This document shows positions 13,779 to 28,086 of a stretch of 64,000 nucleotides of DNA, one piece after another. Origin of the DNA: Tubiluchus corallicola (Eukaryota; Animalia; Priapulida); the NCBI GenBank assembly GCA_030141605.1, contig JAQGDQ010000971.1:1-64000 (forward strand), in the 5' to 3' direction. The translations under genes were made by a program, and so were the position numbers. Position 1 is the first letter of the stretch; each line of letters opens with the position of its first letter. Below the pieces are notes generated by a model. That model saw nothing but the letters and a program-made list of their open reading frames with translations, ran no database searches and was not told where the DNA came from.

Positions 13779-14135
13779 AATAAAATAAATAATGGATTAA
13801 AATCTTAATGAATGGCGGGCGAGCCAAAATTCTATTGATAACATTTTCAACAACAAAAATATTCCACGAGCATGTTGCACGTGTTCAAGAAAGCGGAAAT
13901 TGATGTACATTGCTACTGTAAGATATTCAGTATGTTGTACTAAAACTACGCAAGTTTTAACATAAAAATTCAAAATTCAAATTTACCACTGTGCTCACGC
14001 TGAACGGTAGAACGTGCCTAGTTCGTCACAAACTAACAAATCTGAACTCAGAGGTACAGCACCTGTTTATTGTGCAATGCGTTTCCGAAATGCAGGCGCT
14101 AGTGCCCTGTTTAATTAGTGAAATGCATATAGTGT
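13321..14135 (-). mobile_element. Kolobok-like MITE copy (truncated, interrupted by a ~330-bp insert ending in (AAAT)n)
   Basis: TTAAAGGAAGATAGG terminus. Internal homology to the other copies resumes after ~13790. Confidence 0.8.
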
Positions 14136-15316
14136 TTGAACATTAAAAAGAAACATGTCGTACAGTATGGGTTAATTAACACAAATTGAAAAACTATATA
14201 CATAGATTAGCAATGACTCCCGTGCTCGTGCGCATGCGTTAAACGCCATAAATAATAATTGTTGTTTGTTCATCTTTATCCGAGAATGATCAGTTAGTAA
14301 CACTAAGCAAGCGGCACTGCTAAACGTTATGTATAAACCTGTAGAAATTAAACCGTTCGTAATTAGAAAAAGTTAAAAAAATTAAATTTGTGATGGAAGA
14401 AGAATCTGTTATTGATTTTTTATTTTTGTTATTTTTTATTATTTTTTATTTTTTTTTACTTTTGTTTTTTTATTTTTATTTTTGTTTTTTTTGCTGTTGT
14501 ATTTTTGTTTTTGTATTTCTGCACGTTTATGTATTTTTTGATATAGTTGTGTCTGCTGTCATTAGCGTCCTTTTGTTTACTGTCATTTGAGAAGGGTGGT
14601 TGACTCGATAACCTTTTTCGCCACCCTTTCTCCTATGTTGTTTGTATTTTTGTGTATTTTATTGTCAAATCATTGTATATTTATGGAGGAAAATAAAATT
14701 ACTATTACTATTGTTATGATTATCGACTTACAATCCGACTCTGTACAGTTAATATTGTAATAAAATGAAAATCAATTAACTACAAGCTCAAAAAATTGTG
14801 AAAAAACATTAAATACACCAACAAGAACAGCGTGTTCTTCATCTGTTTTATTCTAAAGGTAAATTTGTGAGTTGAGAAAACCATTTTAAAAATTTTATGC
14901 TTTTTATGCTCGAATTAAGGCTTTTTGTACAAAGTTAGTTGAAGTGAGTAGTATAAAATAGTATATATAAGTAATATATTAGCAATTACAATTATTAACA
15001 AAATATAGTTTCAATATTCGTGCACTTTAAACTTTTTTATAACATATTATTTTAATATCAAGGTCGAGGTATACAATTCAATACACGTCTACATATAGTG
15101 TAAACAAATTGCATTCTAAGCATAAAAATCAGAAGTGCATAAAATACATAGGTAGCGTGTTTTTCTATAAAGTCTTGGTTTGGGCTCCTTGCTAAGGCGC
15201 ATTATTAATATTAGCATCATTTATTTTTGAACACACCTGTATAGTTAAGTTACACAAGTGGTTCAATTAAAAGAAATTAGTAGACTAGCAGTAAAAGTAA
15301 AATTAAATATTAAACA

Positions 15317-15320
<4 letters not shown>

Positions 15321-15352
<32 letters not shown>

Positions 15353-15383
15353 GCAGCAGCAGCAGCAGCAGCAGAAGCAACAA

Positions 15384-15451
<68 letters not shown>

Positions 15452-15497
15452 GCAACAGCAACAGCAACAACAACAACAACGCCAACAACAACAACAA
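15321..15497. repeat. (AAC/AGC)n microsatellite
   Basis: Direct reading. Confidence 0.95.
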
Positions 15498-16764
15498 AAA
15501 CAAACAATCACGATATTATTTACTTACAAGGAGACAAAGCAATTAAATTGAAATGCCACTCTCTGATTCCAAAAAAGGACTGTACAGTTTAGTATAAACT
15601 CATTTCATTCATGTGTTTTTAATATAGACATACTTCATCATTTTCGAAAGAGACTCTTCATAGATTATGAACAATCACCTTACGCCTTGAGTCACATTTG
15701 CTGCAAATTGATTTTAAATCGACATCGCTTCGATAATTTATTAATTTTTTAAATTCGATGCGTTGATTTTGGCAGGAATTCGACGGTAAACAAACAAAAA
15801 ACGTCTTAAATAAGTATTTATAGGATAGAATTAGCGTGATTAATTGATCTTAGGCGAAACTCTGACGCGAAAATGATTGATGAAGATACAGCAGCGAGAA
15901 ACTTGTGCCTCTAGCCGTCTAGCGTAACACCAAGATACAGTACATACTTCTACTGTACCACTAAAACTAACACTTATGTACAGCATGTATATAATACTGT
16001 ATACCTTAAAGGAAAGAACGTTGGAAGTCATTCAGTACGTTGGGTTTATTTTACTGTTGCCACTTAAACTTAGAAAAATATAACAAACAAATTTGGAAAT
16101 TTTTTCTATAATGCATAAATCTAAATATACTACCTCTGAATGGAAACTTTCAGGCGTGGTAGTTGTCGCCATTCGTTTTTAAAATTATAACGTAACTGGG
16201 GGACTTCGTGACTTTTCGTAAGCGCGTCGTGGATTTCCGTGAGCGCGCGCTGCTTAAACTAATTCAGACTTCTCCAACTTAGCTAATCTTCACACAAAAA
16301 TATTACAAAATTAGTTATCTAACTTTTTTGTAATTTGACGAAGACTGATAATGCGCTGCGTTTCTTCAAAACGAATGACGTCATTGGAGGAATAATCGGC
16401 ATTGAAAATGGAGCGTCCAAGCATGAAGTGATCGCGACTTTAAAGCGATTTTACTGATTACACGAGGCGCTTTTTGCAGTTTTATTACTAAATCCTTATA
16501 ACATTTTTCGTGAACATTGAAATAAGCCTAACTTGCCAGAAGACTTACCCTTTCCGTTAACGTGTACACGTGTAACAGGCCTATGCCAATAAAAAAGCGA
16601 ATTATGAAAAAACGCATATAACATTTTTGTATTAAATTTGGAAACGTCTCAAGGAAACGTCTTTATGATTATCGCAGACTGGTTTATGTTGCCATATTGG
16701 CAAAGGTCTCATTTGAGTGTTATGTCTTCTCAGCCTTAGCAAATAAATTCAGTGCATAGAAAAA

Positions 16765-17253
16765 AATGAATGAATAAATGTATGAATGAATGAATGAATG
16801 AATAGATGAATGAATGAATGAATGAATGAATGAATGAATGAATGAATGAATGAATAGATGAATGAATGAATGAATGAATGAATGAATGAATGAATGCATG
16901 AATGAATGAATGAATGAATGAATGAATGAATGAATGAATGAATGAATGAATGAATAATTAAATGAGTGATTGAGTGAATGAATGAACGAATGAATGAATG
17001 AGTGAATGAATGAACGAATGAATGAGTGAATGAACGAATGAATGAATGAATGAATGAATGAATGAATGAATGAATGAATGAATGAATGAATAATTAAATG
17101 AATGATTGAGTGAATGAATGAACGAATGAATGAATGAGTGAATGAATGAACGAATGAATGAGTGAATGAACGAACGAATGAATGAATGAATGAATGAATG
17201 AATGAATGAATGAATGAATGAATGAATGAATGAATGAATGAATGAATGAATGA
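16765..17253. repeat. (TGAA)n microsatellite
   Basis: Direct reading. Confidence 0.97.
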
Positions 17254-17515
17254 AAGAGAAAATGAATAAATAAATAAACGATGGACAAAAAGGAACATAA
17301 TTTCGTGGTAATGATAAATACAGATACCTATTTTTTGTTTACTTTTATTGGGCTGTGCTTGTTTATTAATTAAGGCGACAAACACATTACTGTTTACTGC
17401 AATTTTCAATGGTGTTTCCACAGCAAACAATGTTTTTCTATTTCTATATGCTTTGCAGAAATCCATCATTTCTTACAGTACACAGGCCCACGTTAGCTGT
17501 CAGCAAACTGCTGGT

Positions 17516-18187
17516 TACACACAAATGCAGTTACAGTACTTACAGTGATGTTAATGCACAAAATAGAGACGCTGAAATTCTTGAAATAATGTCAACTATT
17601 GTGTCAAATGAAAGACTACACCAGCTACACACACAAATGCAGTTACAGTACTTACAGTAACGTTAATGAACAAAATACAGATGCTGAAATTGTTGAAATA
17701 ATGTCAACTATTTTGTCAAATAAAAGACTTCACCAGCTACACACACAAATGCAGTTACAGTACTTACAGTAACGTTAATGCATAAAATAGAGACGCTGAA
17801 ATTCTTAAAATAATGTCAACTATTGTGTCAAATGAAAGACTTCACCAGCTACACACACAAATGCAGTTACAGTACTACAGTAATGTTAATGCACAAAACA
17901 CAGACGCTGAAATTGTTGAAATAATGTCAACTGTTGTGTCAAATGAAAGACTTCACCAGTTACACACACAAATGCAGTTACAGTACTTACAGTAACGTTA
18001 ATGCACAAAATACAGATGCTGAAATTGTTGAAATAATGTCAACTATTTTGTCAAATGAAAGACTTCACCAGCTACACACACAAATGCAGTTACAGTACTT
18101 ACAGTAACGTTAATGCACAAAATACAGATGCTGAAATTGTTGAAATAATGTCAACTATTGTGTCAAATGAAAGACTTCACCAGCTAC
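17516..18187. repeat. 112-bp minisatellite, 6 copies
   Basis: caaatgc ends at 17528, 17640, 17752, 17864, 17975 and 18087. Confidence 0.95.
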
Positions 18188-18212
18188 GAAAAGTACGGCC
18201 TACATAAAAGTT

Positions 18213-18485
18213 TCAGTGGATTTAAACTGTAATATTCTTAGATTTCTCGCGAAAGACATCCTCATTTTAAATATGGTGGCGCAAAAATGCGCCGAAGTTT
18301 CGATCTCGACATTTTATTTAGTAAGAAAACAACGAAAATAATTGGAAATTACCACACGGATGTTACACACATTTGTGCATAAACGTGAAAATTTTTAGGT
18401 CTTTGTCTTAGATTTGCCCAAAGATACATGGATTACATGTCGAAACATTAAATGCCGGAGTGTCACTATTGTTAAAAACTACAGC
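18213..18485. repeat. dispersed repeat, inverted copy at ~40910-41175
   Basis: ttcttagatttctcgcgaaa.acatcctcatttt...gccgaagtttcgatc.cgacatttta is reverse-complemented at 41070-41160. Confidence 0.8.
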
Positions 18486-18656
18486 AAGAGTTCGATGTGT
18501 TCACAAATTTTACTCTAAGCTAGACGAAGGAATTTCTTCCAATAACTGACATAGTTTGTCACTTCTTCAAGGAGTATTTGGTCCCAGAAATCAACAACTT
18601 TTGCCTTTACTTCCTTTGAGTCAAATGCCTCTAGAAGGTCATTGTATGCTTTCTCT

Positions 18657-19234
18657 TTAAAGCAAAACCGGATCCATTCTTAAACTGTAGGTCAAAACAA
18701 CCTATTCTTTAATATATTGAAAGGAAACATGCTATCTTTTCAAAAATCACTTACGTGAAAGAATTATTACCACACAAACACAATTTCGCGTTCGCGTCGC
18801 TAGTTCTTCGCTGTTACATGCATTTCACCATTCGCTAGTTGGACGGGCGCTAGCGCCTGCATTTCGGAAGCGCATTGCACAAAAACAGGTGCTGTACCTC
18901 TCAGTTGAGATGTGTTAATTTGTGACGAACTACACACCTTCGACAGCTCATGCGTGAGTACAGCGGTAAATTTGAAATTTGCTTTTTATCTTAAACTTGC
19001 CTAGTTTTAAAACGTCACACTGAATATCTTACAGTAGCGCTGCATTTCAATTTTCGCTTTCGCAAACATGTACAACACGCTCGTGGAATACTTTTGTTGT
19101 TGAAAATGATGTTAGTTTGTGACGTTACTAGGCTCGTTCGCCGTTAATTAAGATTATAATTTATCATTTAACAATTAGAAACGTATGCGGTATTATTGGT
19201 GCTAAAATATATACTTTTTATCGTCTTCCTTTAA
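18657..19234 (+). mobile_element. Kolobok-like MITE copy
   Basis: TTAA-AGCAAAACCGG...GTCTTCCT-TTAA. Confidence 0.85.
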
Positions 19235-21506
19235 GGAGTATTTTGCCCCAGTACTCAACAATATTTATCTGTAGTTCCTTTGATAAATATTTGCTCTGTG
19301 CGGCTATTGTACACTTACATTTTTTCTTCGTAACAAATCATAATCAGTGCTTCTTTTTCTATTGTGAAGATCATGATGTAAACTGGTTGCTTTCGTTGTT
19401 TTTAGCGAGTACTTTTCACGTCATGTTTTTCAGTTGCTGATCATAGTCGACATTGTGCCACCATTTAATTTTTAGCAAGCAAAAGTTTTTTACCCACAAC
19501 TTAAAAACCACTAAATCTACAAAGTTAAAACTTTCACAGTTAAAATTTAATTATTGTAATATCTAATTTTACTTTTTCTGCTTTACTCTGGCTGTCTGTG
19601 ATAAGTACGAGTTCGTTCGCATATATGTGTTTTGGGACAAAAAAGAGAGAACCTTTGGGGGTCTATTTAACTCACACTAAGGAAAATCTGGCCAATAAAC
19701 AGGAATTGAGTTGCCCGATGACAGAGGCCAACCCCAAGTGTTGACAGGCGGAAAATAAACATCGGTATTATTTACAAAATGTTACCGGGCGTGTAGTAAA
19801 CGTATGTGTTAGATGAATACAAACTGCAAACCGTGTGGAAAGAGCTTGCTGGTTCTTTTGTTTGAAATTCTCAGAAGCAGGCAAAGTCAATGGAAATGAG
19901 AGATAAGTTAGGTCTATATAGACTCATTATTGTGAGACCTTGACTATATTAGGCATGTACAAGATCTCGAGTTCAAATCCTAATGAATTCATAGTTTTGC
20001 AGTAGAGATTCTTTTCGAAAAGCAGACATCTAGGCATTACGATCAAACTTGTAATGCACTACATACGTAGAATAGGGGCCTGTAGGTTTAATCCAACAGA
20101 ATTTGTTTGAATTAATAATTTTATTATTGTTAATTTAAGAGCAACTTATGACCATCGAAACGTATTAATTATGACCACCGTTACGAGCAATTTGTGGTTT
20201 TTAGATCATCTTAAATTTGCGAAGTTTTGAAGCTAAAGTAATCTGCCAGAGATTTTTATTTTACCATATCGCGGTGTTAGCGCCATCTATGTGGCGATTT
20301 AATAAATTAACTAGAGACAGCATCAAGTTACGTCCATCATGCATCAGTTACTAGTGATTTCAAGTCACAGAACGATTATAGACAGATCAGGCACTCGCGT
20401 AATTACTTTGGTGGTCACAATGGAGCAAAGAAGAATGAAAAATGCAAAAATCGTTTTTAGTTTAGCCGTCAACTGTCTAGTCTGTCCAGGAAAAGATATA
20501 AAATTTAGACAGATTTATTTCAAACTGAATTATTACAACGACAACGATCTAAAATAGAGAGAATTAGGCATAAAATTAACACATAATAGAGACTTACGAA
20601 TAGTCTATATTTTTAATTTATACGAGTGTATAGATGGCCAATGTGCTATTCTAAACTGAAGTTAAACCAGTGATAAGCAATAAAATTGTAATATTTTTAC
20701 GCTGGGAGATCCAATCAATTACAGTTTTAATAATTAGTTCAATCACTAAGTTTAGTTGTGTAAAAATAGTAAATTATTTTAGTCCAAATGGATTTCCGAT
20801 AGGTTTTAATCCAAATTTAGTGATAGGCTAAGACCTACGCTACTTTTGTTAGGTGAAGTCTGATACCACATGCCACAATTGACTGTACTACATTCTAAGA
20901 GATTATAATTAATTAATTAGCTAATTAATTTAATAAGCTTAATTTTATTTTTGCATTTTCTTAATAAACACAACCGATAAGCATGAACAAGTGAGTCATA
21001 CTTTCGCCAAAAAATTTCGAACTAGATGGCAGCACGTGCACAATGCGCTGCAACACCTGTGCTTTGTTCGATTTACAGCGAGTCTTTGTAGGGAGTGAAT
21101 CGACTTCATGTGGCCGTCTTTGCCAATCGAACGCCAGGGGTGCTGCACGAATTGTCCCCTCCCCACAATGAAGTGGATACTGGAGAGGAAGATCCGCGAA
21201 ATGTCATCACCCACAGTGTAGATTTTTCATTAAAATGTACGATAACCCTGAAAAACACGGCATCCTTATAGATACGATAGAAAACTGTCGTGCTGTAGAA
21301 ACTCCCATGGCAGATCACGTGTACAATATCAGGACGACGGCAACGGATCCTGCAATGCCTGACATAAGAGACAGAAAACAAAGATATTCGAGTTTAGATA
21401 CTAACAGAATATCCACCTATGAACTCATTAATCCAAGCTTGATCAGTCATCCACTTCACTGGAATCCCATGACAACAATAGCAGTATCTGCTAGAATCTT
21501 TTGTAG

Positions 21507-21777
21507 TATAGGTTTTACACGTCAAATGTAGACACAGGAAAGTTCAAATGTGACTTAGCTAAGTCAAACGTAGACATAAGAATTTGTAATGTGTTTTGGT
21601 AACTCAAGTGCGACTTAGGTAAGTCAAATGCAGACACAGGAATTTCGAATGCGTTAAAAACCATTGTTAACAAATTTGAACTACCTAAGTCTACATTTGA
21701 GTTACCAAGACACATTTGAATTACCTAAATCTGCATTTGAGTTAACGTAGGTCTACATTTGACATGTAAAGCCTATA
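21507..21777. mobile_element. fold-back MITE with internally repetitive TIRs
   Basis: tataggttttacacgtcaaatgtagac...gtctacatttgacatgtaaagcctata. Longer copy at 44899-45293. Confidence 0.85.
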
Positions 21778-22455
21778 AAGCTCGTACATCAGCCCATCGG
21801 CTGTACTCCATCGGCTACACATCGAGACGGGGAGATGGACACATTTACCCAGACAATCTAGAACCTGCAATTGGTCAATGGCTGGTGAGGTGCAGGACGA
21901 GAGGCATGTATTCTGCGTGTTTGTCCAACAACTGCTCATGTTAGACAGTTACCCAAATAATCTGATATAGACGCGTCATTGCTGACTTCATTATTTGCAC
22001 ATAATGACACTTTTATGATAATCGTTCTTTTCCTTATAACCATTGTAAATATCACTTGTTAAATGTTCGTGTAACGTTAATATAGCTAAGCTCATACTTT
22101 AAATTTATCGTTCTTCTTTTCCGCAAAGGGCATCACTATTCAGAATTTCGATATTAACAAACTTTATTCTAATCATATATTTGCACCTGGCGGAATGCAG
22201 ACTTGAACTTGAAAACGCCAGGGTTTTCAGTCGCCCAATAATTGGCTTTCCCCTTTTTGTAAAGAGCTAAAAGATTAAAAGTTCTAAAAGGTTTACAGAA
22301 AAACAAAAATGTATTCCGCGTGCGCTGCAAGGCAGTCGATTTGTTCATAAACTTGCTGCCTTTCTCTTTTTGAAGATATCAAACTTTGATTGGCTCGTAT
22401 TCAATTGTAACAATTTCACATTTTCGTAAGCAATTTGACATTGCAAATACCCTTA

Positions 22456-23080
22456 TTAAAGAAAGACAGGATAATTTTTCATATACCACTCCATTTTCAA
22501 GTCCCATAAAAAGCATATTTTTAAACCCAATTAATACTGCAAAAGCGCTCCTGATATTTAAATAATAGATTCAAATCTTAATTAACGGCAGGCGAGTCCA
22601 ACCACTGACGACATCACAAACTAACATAATTTTCAACATCAAAAACATTCCGGGAGCGTATTGTACGAGTTTGCAAAAGCGAAAATTGAAGTACAGTGCT
22701 ACTGTAAGATATTCAGTGTGTTGTAATAAAACTAGACAAGTTTTAAGATAAAAATTCAACTTTCAAATTTGCTGCTGTGCTCACGCATGAGCTGTCGAAC
22801 GTGTGCAGTTCGTCAAGAACTAACACATCTGAGCTGAGAGGTACAGTACCTGTTTTTGTGCACAGCGTTTCCGAAATGCAGGCGGTAGTGCCCGTCTAGC
22901 TAGCGAGTGGCGAAATGCATGTAACAGCGAAGAACTAGTGGCGCGAATGCGAAATTGTGTTTGTGTGACAATAATCTTTTCACGTAAGTCATTTTTTAAA
23001 AATAGTATGTTTCCTTTCAATGTTTTAAAGAGTAGATTGTTTTGACCTGCAGCTTAAGAATGGGTCCGGTTTTGCTTTAA
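22456..23080 (-). mobile_element. Kolobok-like MITE copy
   Basis: TTAA-AGAAAGACAGG...CCGGTTTTGCT-TTAA. Confidence 0.88.
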
Positions 23081-23659
23081 ACAAGTTGAATATGTATATA
23101 AATGTTTGTTATTATTTCCCCTGAATGCCTATGTATAGTTAGAAATGAGAAAACTATTTTGCATTACTATTGCGTAATATTACTTGCATTTCATTTTGCT
23201 AAAAGTTTTTTTTAACATGCACCCAAATAGCATTAACGTGACGTCACTTATGTAGCAGTAAGGAGCATGCCTTGCTATGGACTAACTTCTTACATCTACT
23301 CTGTAATTTGTAATCTTATTATTATGTTATATTGGTCAGCAAATTACACACAGAGATACATGTGGACTTCGATGACACTTACCGATGAATTGCTTAACCG
23401 ATGAATAAAGACGTAATCATATTTAAGTTTAAAAACTTTCCTTAAACCATTATTGTATGACACCCTAAGATTCTCTAGAACATATTTGTCAACCCCCAGT
23501 GAACAACAATAGAAGGATGAACAGTAAGTTTTGAAGAGAAAGGATTTAACGTTAGCAGAACAACTACTAAACTTCCGTATTAATCACAACCACAGCAACC
23601 AAAAACTACAAACATCGCTGCTCTCCTAACAACAACAGCAACAATGACAAGAACAGCCA

Positions 23660-24400
23660 GTAATGATAGTGATAGTAATTGTTGTTGTGATAGTTATACT
23701 GATAGTGACTGTGATAGTGATTGTGATTTTCATGATGATATTGACTGTGATAATTATACTGATACTGATACTGATACTGATACTGATACTGATACTGATA
23801 CTGATACTGATACTGATACTGATACTGATACTGATACTGATACTGATAGTGATACTGATACTGATACTGATAGTGATAGTGATAGTGATAGTGATTGTGA
23901 TAGTGATTGTGATACTGATACTGATACTGACACTGACACTGACACTGATACTGATACTGATACTGATACTGATACTGATACTGATACTGATACTGATACT
24001 GATACTGATACTGATACTGATACTGATACTGATACTGATACTGATACTGATACTGATACTGATACTGATACTGATACTGATACTGATTGTGATACTGGTA
24101 GTGATAGTAATAGTGATAGGGATAGCGATACTGATACTGATACTGATAGTGACTGTTATAATTATACTGGTAGTGATAGTAATGGTGATAGTGATAGTGA
24201 TACTGATACTGATACTGATACTGATACTGATACTGATACTGATACTGATACTGATACTGATACTGATACTGATACTGATACTGATACTGATACTGATACT
24301 GATACTGATACTGATACTGATACTGATACTGATACTGATACTGATACTGATACAGATACTGATACTGATACTGATACTGATACGGATGGTGCTAGTGATA
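23660..24400. repeat. (GATACT/GATAGT)n microsatellite
   Basis: Direct reading. Source of the DT/IL/SV ORFs in the track. Confidence 0.97.
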
Positions 24401-24984
24401 TTGTAATAATTATCATTTGGCTATGATAATGAGCTGACGGCGGGGCCAAAGGTCATGGATTCAAACCTGGTTTGCTACTCGTATTATACAAATTGTGGAC
24501 ACTGTCCCAAAATGGTGTAGGCAAAGACCAACAAACTTATCCTGCATCTTTCATACCGGTCGTCGTACGGAACAGGTGCTGGTACTGAACCACTCGACCT
24601 GTGCCTGCAAGACTATTTTTAGATGCTGATACGCACGGCAATATGATTCGCAATGGACAGAACTATTGTAGTATAGAAAAAGTATGTGAAAAATTGTCTT
24701 CAGTACACTATTCTTCATTACCACTGTCGTCGTCGTGATCGACAATAACGACAATGATAATGACAGTGATGACAACAGCGACATGGCACCACTTTGGGAG
24801 TACATGTACAGCTGCACCTTCAAATTGAGGCAGCAGCACCAGGTGCACTGTCACCGACACTGGGTGCGATTGATGTTCTATTGATTGTATGACCAATGAT
24901 AATGCAATGGCAGGAATGAAACTGATGTTGATGACGATGACCGTCTCTGTCACCGCCAACGTCACCAGCATCACCAGGACCGCT

Positions 24985-25157
24985 ATCACCACCACCACCA
25001 CTACACCACCAGCACCAGCACCACCACTACCACCACCACCACCATCAACAACAACAGCAGCATCAACACTACCACCAGCACCGGCACCACCACCACTACT
25101 ACCACCACCACCACCACCACCACCTAAACCACCACCACCACCACCACCACCACCACC
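24985..25157. repeat. (CCA)n-rich microsatellite
   Basis: Direct reading. Confidence 0.9.
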
Positions 25158-25614
25158 TTCTTGTTCTATAAGTTCCTAATGTAATTATTACATGCTGTAA
25201 ATTTTAGCTAAGGTGGACGGTGCTACCATTCATTCTAAGCTGACGTCTAATTCTTTTCAGCAATACGTACCTTACTTTTGGATATGCACGAGATACTAAT
25301 TAGAAAAAATGAGAGCTCCGCATGTGTTGGTTTACTTCAAACATTAACCCTCCTCAAGGAAGACCATGTAGCCTATATTGAATGTCTCCACATTCGTGTC
25401 ATAGTTGTAACCCTGTGCCTTCGAAATCTGTCTTGTAACAACCCATATTTATGTATGTATGTAGTTTATTGACTAAAACAAGTTGCATGTATACACGAGG
25501 AACGAGGTAAATGCCACAATCGATACATTAGTGATTTTAGTCCAAATGTCACTTTACGTACATTTCCTACTCAAGGTTATAGCATTAAAAACAGTGTTTT
25601 GCATACAAGGTACA

Positions 25615-25895
25615 TTAGCATAAAAGTTGCATAACAGTTTCATAAGACACTATATAACAATTAGGGTGCTCAAAGAAGTGAGTTAAATCAGCAAAGTTTA
25701 CATTGTCGTAGCGGTTTATAATATTAGATGTTAGGGGGCATGTCTGTATAACGTGTTTCTCAGTTTGAATGTCCCCACAAGGACATTGCCTATTTTCCCT
25801 TGGCTGTCTCGCCCATCTACCCGTTTCTATCACCAGCCTATGTGACTGAAGACGCATTCTTGTGAAGCTTATCCGATGATGCTCCTTAACATCCG
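25615..25895 (-). mobile_element. non-LTR retrotransposon ORF2 C-terminal remnant (RTEX-like)
   Basis: FTRMRLQSHRLVIETGRW...RENRQCPCGDIQTEKHVIQTCP matches the RL-SH-L-IETGR / C-C-E-H-C tail. Confidence 0.85.
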
Positions 25896-26345
25896 TAGCC
25901 ATTTACAACTGCACAAAATTCTAGCAGGCGATTAAACAAATTTAAAATATCTATATTCTGGTATGAAAGGGTTAATAATAATGCTTTGGTCCCGCGATAC
26001 TAGGCGATTGGCTACGCAATAGCTAGCTTATTAACTTGAATGCGACGCCTGGAGGCTGAGCATCCATTTAATCACAAGGATTTGTCTTCATCCTGTATCC
26101 TAGCACTGTCTGATTAGCTCGCCTTAATTGAGGGATATGCTAGCGAATTTAATTAAATCAACAGACGCGTTGAGCTACACGAGTTATACATGCATCTGAC
26201 ATGAATATATAGTTGAAGACACATAGTACCAAACGTTAGTTACATTTTTGTCTTTAGTTAATTACTAACATTACGTAGCATTATGTTTTTTTGCAAAAAA
26301 AACAACCAATAAGGAAAAAATCTAATTTTAAATTTGTATTTTTAC

Positions 26346-26955
26346 TTAAAGGAAAACCGGACCCAATCTTAAACTGCAGGTCTAAACAATCTACTCTTTA
26401 AAATATTGAAAGGAAACATACTATTTAAAAAAATGACTTACGTGAAATAATTATTACCAGACAAACACAATTTCACGTTCGCGCCACTAGTTCTTGGTTG
26501 TTACACGCATTTCGTCATTCGCTAGTTTGACGAGCACTAGCACCTGCATTTCGAAAACACTGTGCACAAAAACAGGTGCTGTACCTCTCAGTTCAGATGT
26601 GTTAATTTGTGACGAACTACATACGTTCGACAGCTCATGCGTGAGTACAGTGCTGAATTTGAAATTTGAATTTCTATCTTAAAACGTGCCTAGTTCTAGT
26701 ACAACACATTGAATATCTTACAGTAGCGCTGTACTTCAATTTTTGCTTTCGCAAACTCGTACAACACGCTCCTGGAATGTTTTTGATGTTGAAAATTATG
26801 TTAGTTTGTGACGTTATCAATAGTTGGGTATTAAGTTTTTTAATCTGTTATTTAATTATCAGAAACGCTTTTGCAGTATTAATTGTGTTAAAATGCATAC
26901 TTTTATCGGACTTGAAAATAGGGTAGCATATGAAAAATCATCCTGTCTTCCTTTG
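26346..26955 (+). mobile_element. Kolobok-like MITE copy
   Basis: TTAA-AGGAAAACCGG...CCTGTCTTCCT-TTGA. Confidence 0.88.
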
Positions 26956-27454
26956 AGTTACAAGCGAGGTGTAACATCAAACAAAAAGCGGATTTCGATA
27001 GAATTTCGTCACTAGATGTATAGTAACAGTATGCGAGGCAGTTTACTGTACAATTCTACCTACAAGACAATGTTATACGAACTTTCGAAAAAGAATATTA
27101 GCTTAGTTCTCAGCTGCAATGAAATGTAAAAATAATTATGAGGAATTTTAACTGCTCGATTGAGAAAATAAAATCGAATTGAATTGAATTGAATATCCCG
27201 AAATTAATTTTGCGTTCACCTAATTCAGTCTTTTCTAATAAAGTCTGGCACATCACACGCCATCTTTTGTGCTTTAAAATATCTTTCGCTATTTCATCAG
27301 GTTTATTTAATGGTTTTCACATCAACGCTTGTTCGGCGAAAAATTTAATTTAAATTTTCAAATATAGATTGCGCCAGAGTAAAATTTAACTTTTAAGTTT
27401 AGTTTAGTTTCGTTTCATTCAGCTTACCTTAGGTTAATTTAATTTTTTAATTAA

Positions 27455-28086
27455 TTTAGTTTAGCTTAGCTTAGCCTAGTTTAGCCTAGCCTAGCCTTGT
27501 ACAGCTTAGCCTAGCCTAGCCTAGCTTAGCTTAGCTTAGCCTAGCCTAGCCTAGCCTAGCCTAGCCTAGCCTAGCCTAGCCTAGCTTAGCTTAGCTTAGT
27601 TTAGTTTAGTTTAGTTTAGTTTAGTTTAGTTTAGTTTAGTTTAGCTTAGCTTAGCTTAGCTTAGCTTAGCTTAGTTTAGTTTAGTTTAGTTTAGTTTAGT
27701 TTAGTTTAGTTTAGTTTAGTTTAGTTTAGTTTAGTTTAGTTTAGTTTAGTTTAGTTTAGTTTAGTTTAGTTTAGTTTAGTTTAGTTTAGTTTAGTTTAGT
27801 TTAGTTTAGTTTAGTTTAGTTTAGTTTAGTTTAGTTTAGTTTAGTTTAGTTTAGTTTAGTTTAGTTTAGTTTAGTTTAGTTTAGTTTAGTTTAGTTTAGT
27901 TTAGTTTAGTTTAGTTTAGTTTAGTTTAGTTTAGTTTAGTTTAGTTTAGTTTAGCTTAGCTTAGCTTAGCTTAGCTTAGCTTAGGCTAGCTTAGCTTAGT
28001 TTAGTTTAGTTTAGTTTAGTTTAGCTTAGCTTAGCTTAGCTTAGCTTAGCTTAGTTTAGTTTAGTTTAGTTTAGTTTAGTTTAGTT
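27455..28086. repeat. compound pentamer satellite (TTAGT/TTAGC/CTAGC)n
   Basis: Direct reading. Confidence 0.97.

Noticed and set aside
15684-15700. Microexon candidate tttgcag|17 nt|gtaagg
   Set aside because: 17 nt breaks the frame. The 15-nt version needs a non-consensus GC donor.
16720-17469. 249-aa (FIHS)n ORF
   Set aside because: Translation of (TTCA)n.
20990-21510. Cluster of short overlapping ORFs in GC-richer sequence
   Set aside because: No recognisable domain or consistent splice sites. Possibly old transposon sequence.
23644-24449. Long DT/IL/SV repeat ORFs
   Set aside because: Translations of a hexamer microsatellite.
24420-24480. tRNA gene (B-box-like GGATTCAAACC; similar at ~19960)
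   Set aside because: No cloverleaf can be drawn. At most a decayed SINE head.
27455-28086. Telomeric repeat
   Set aside because: Units are TTAGT/TTAGC/CTAGC, not TTAGG or TTAGGG, and the tract is intronic.
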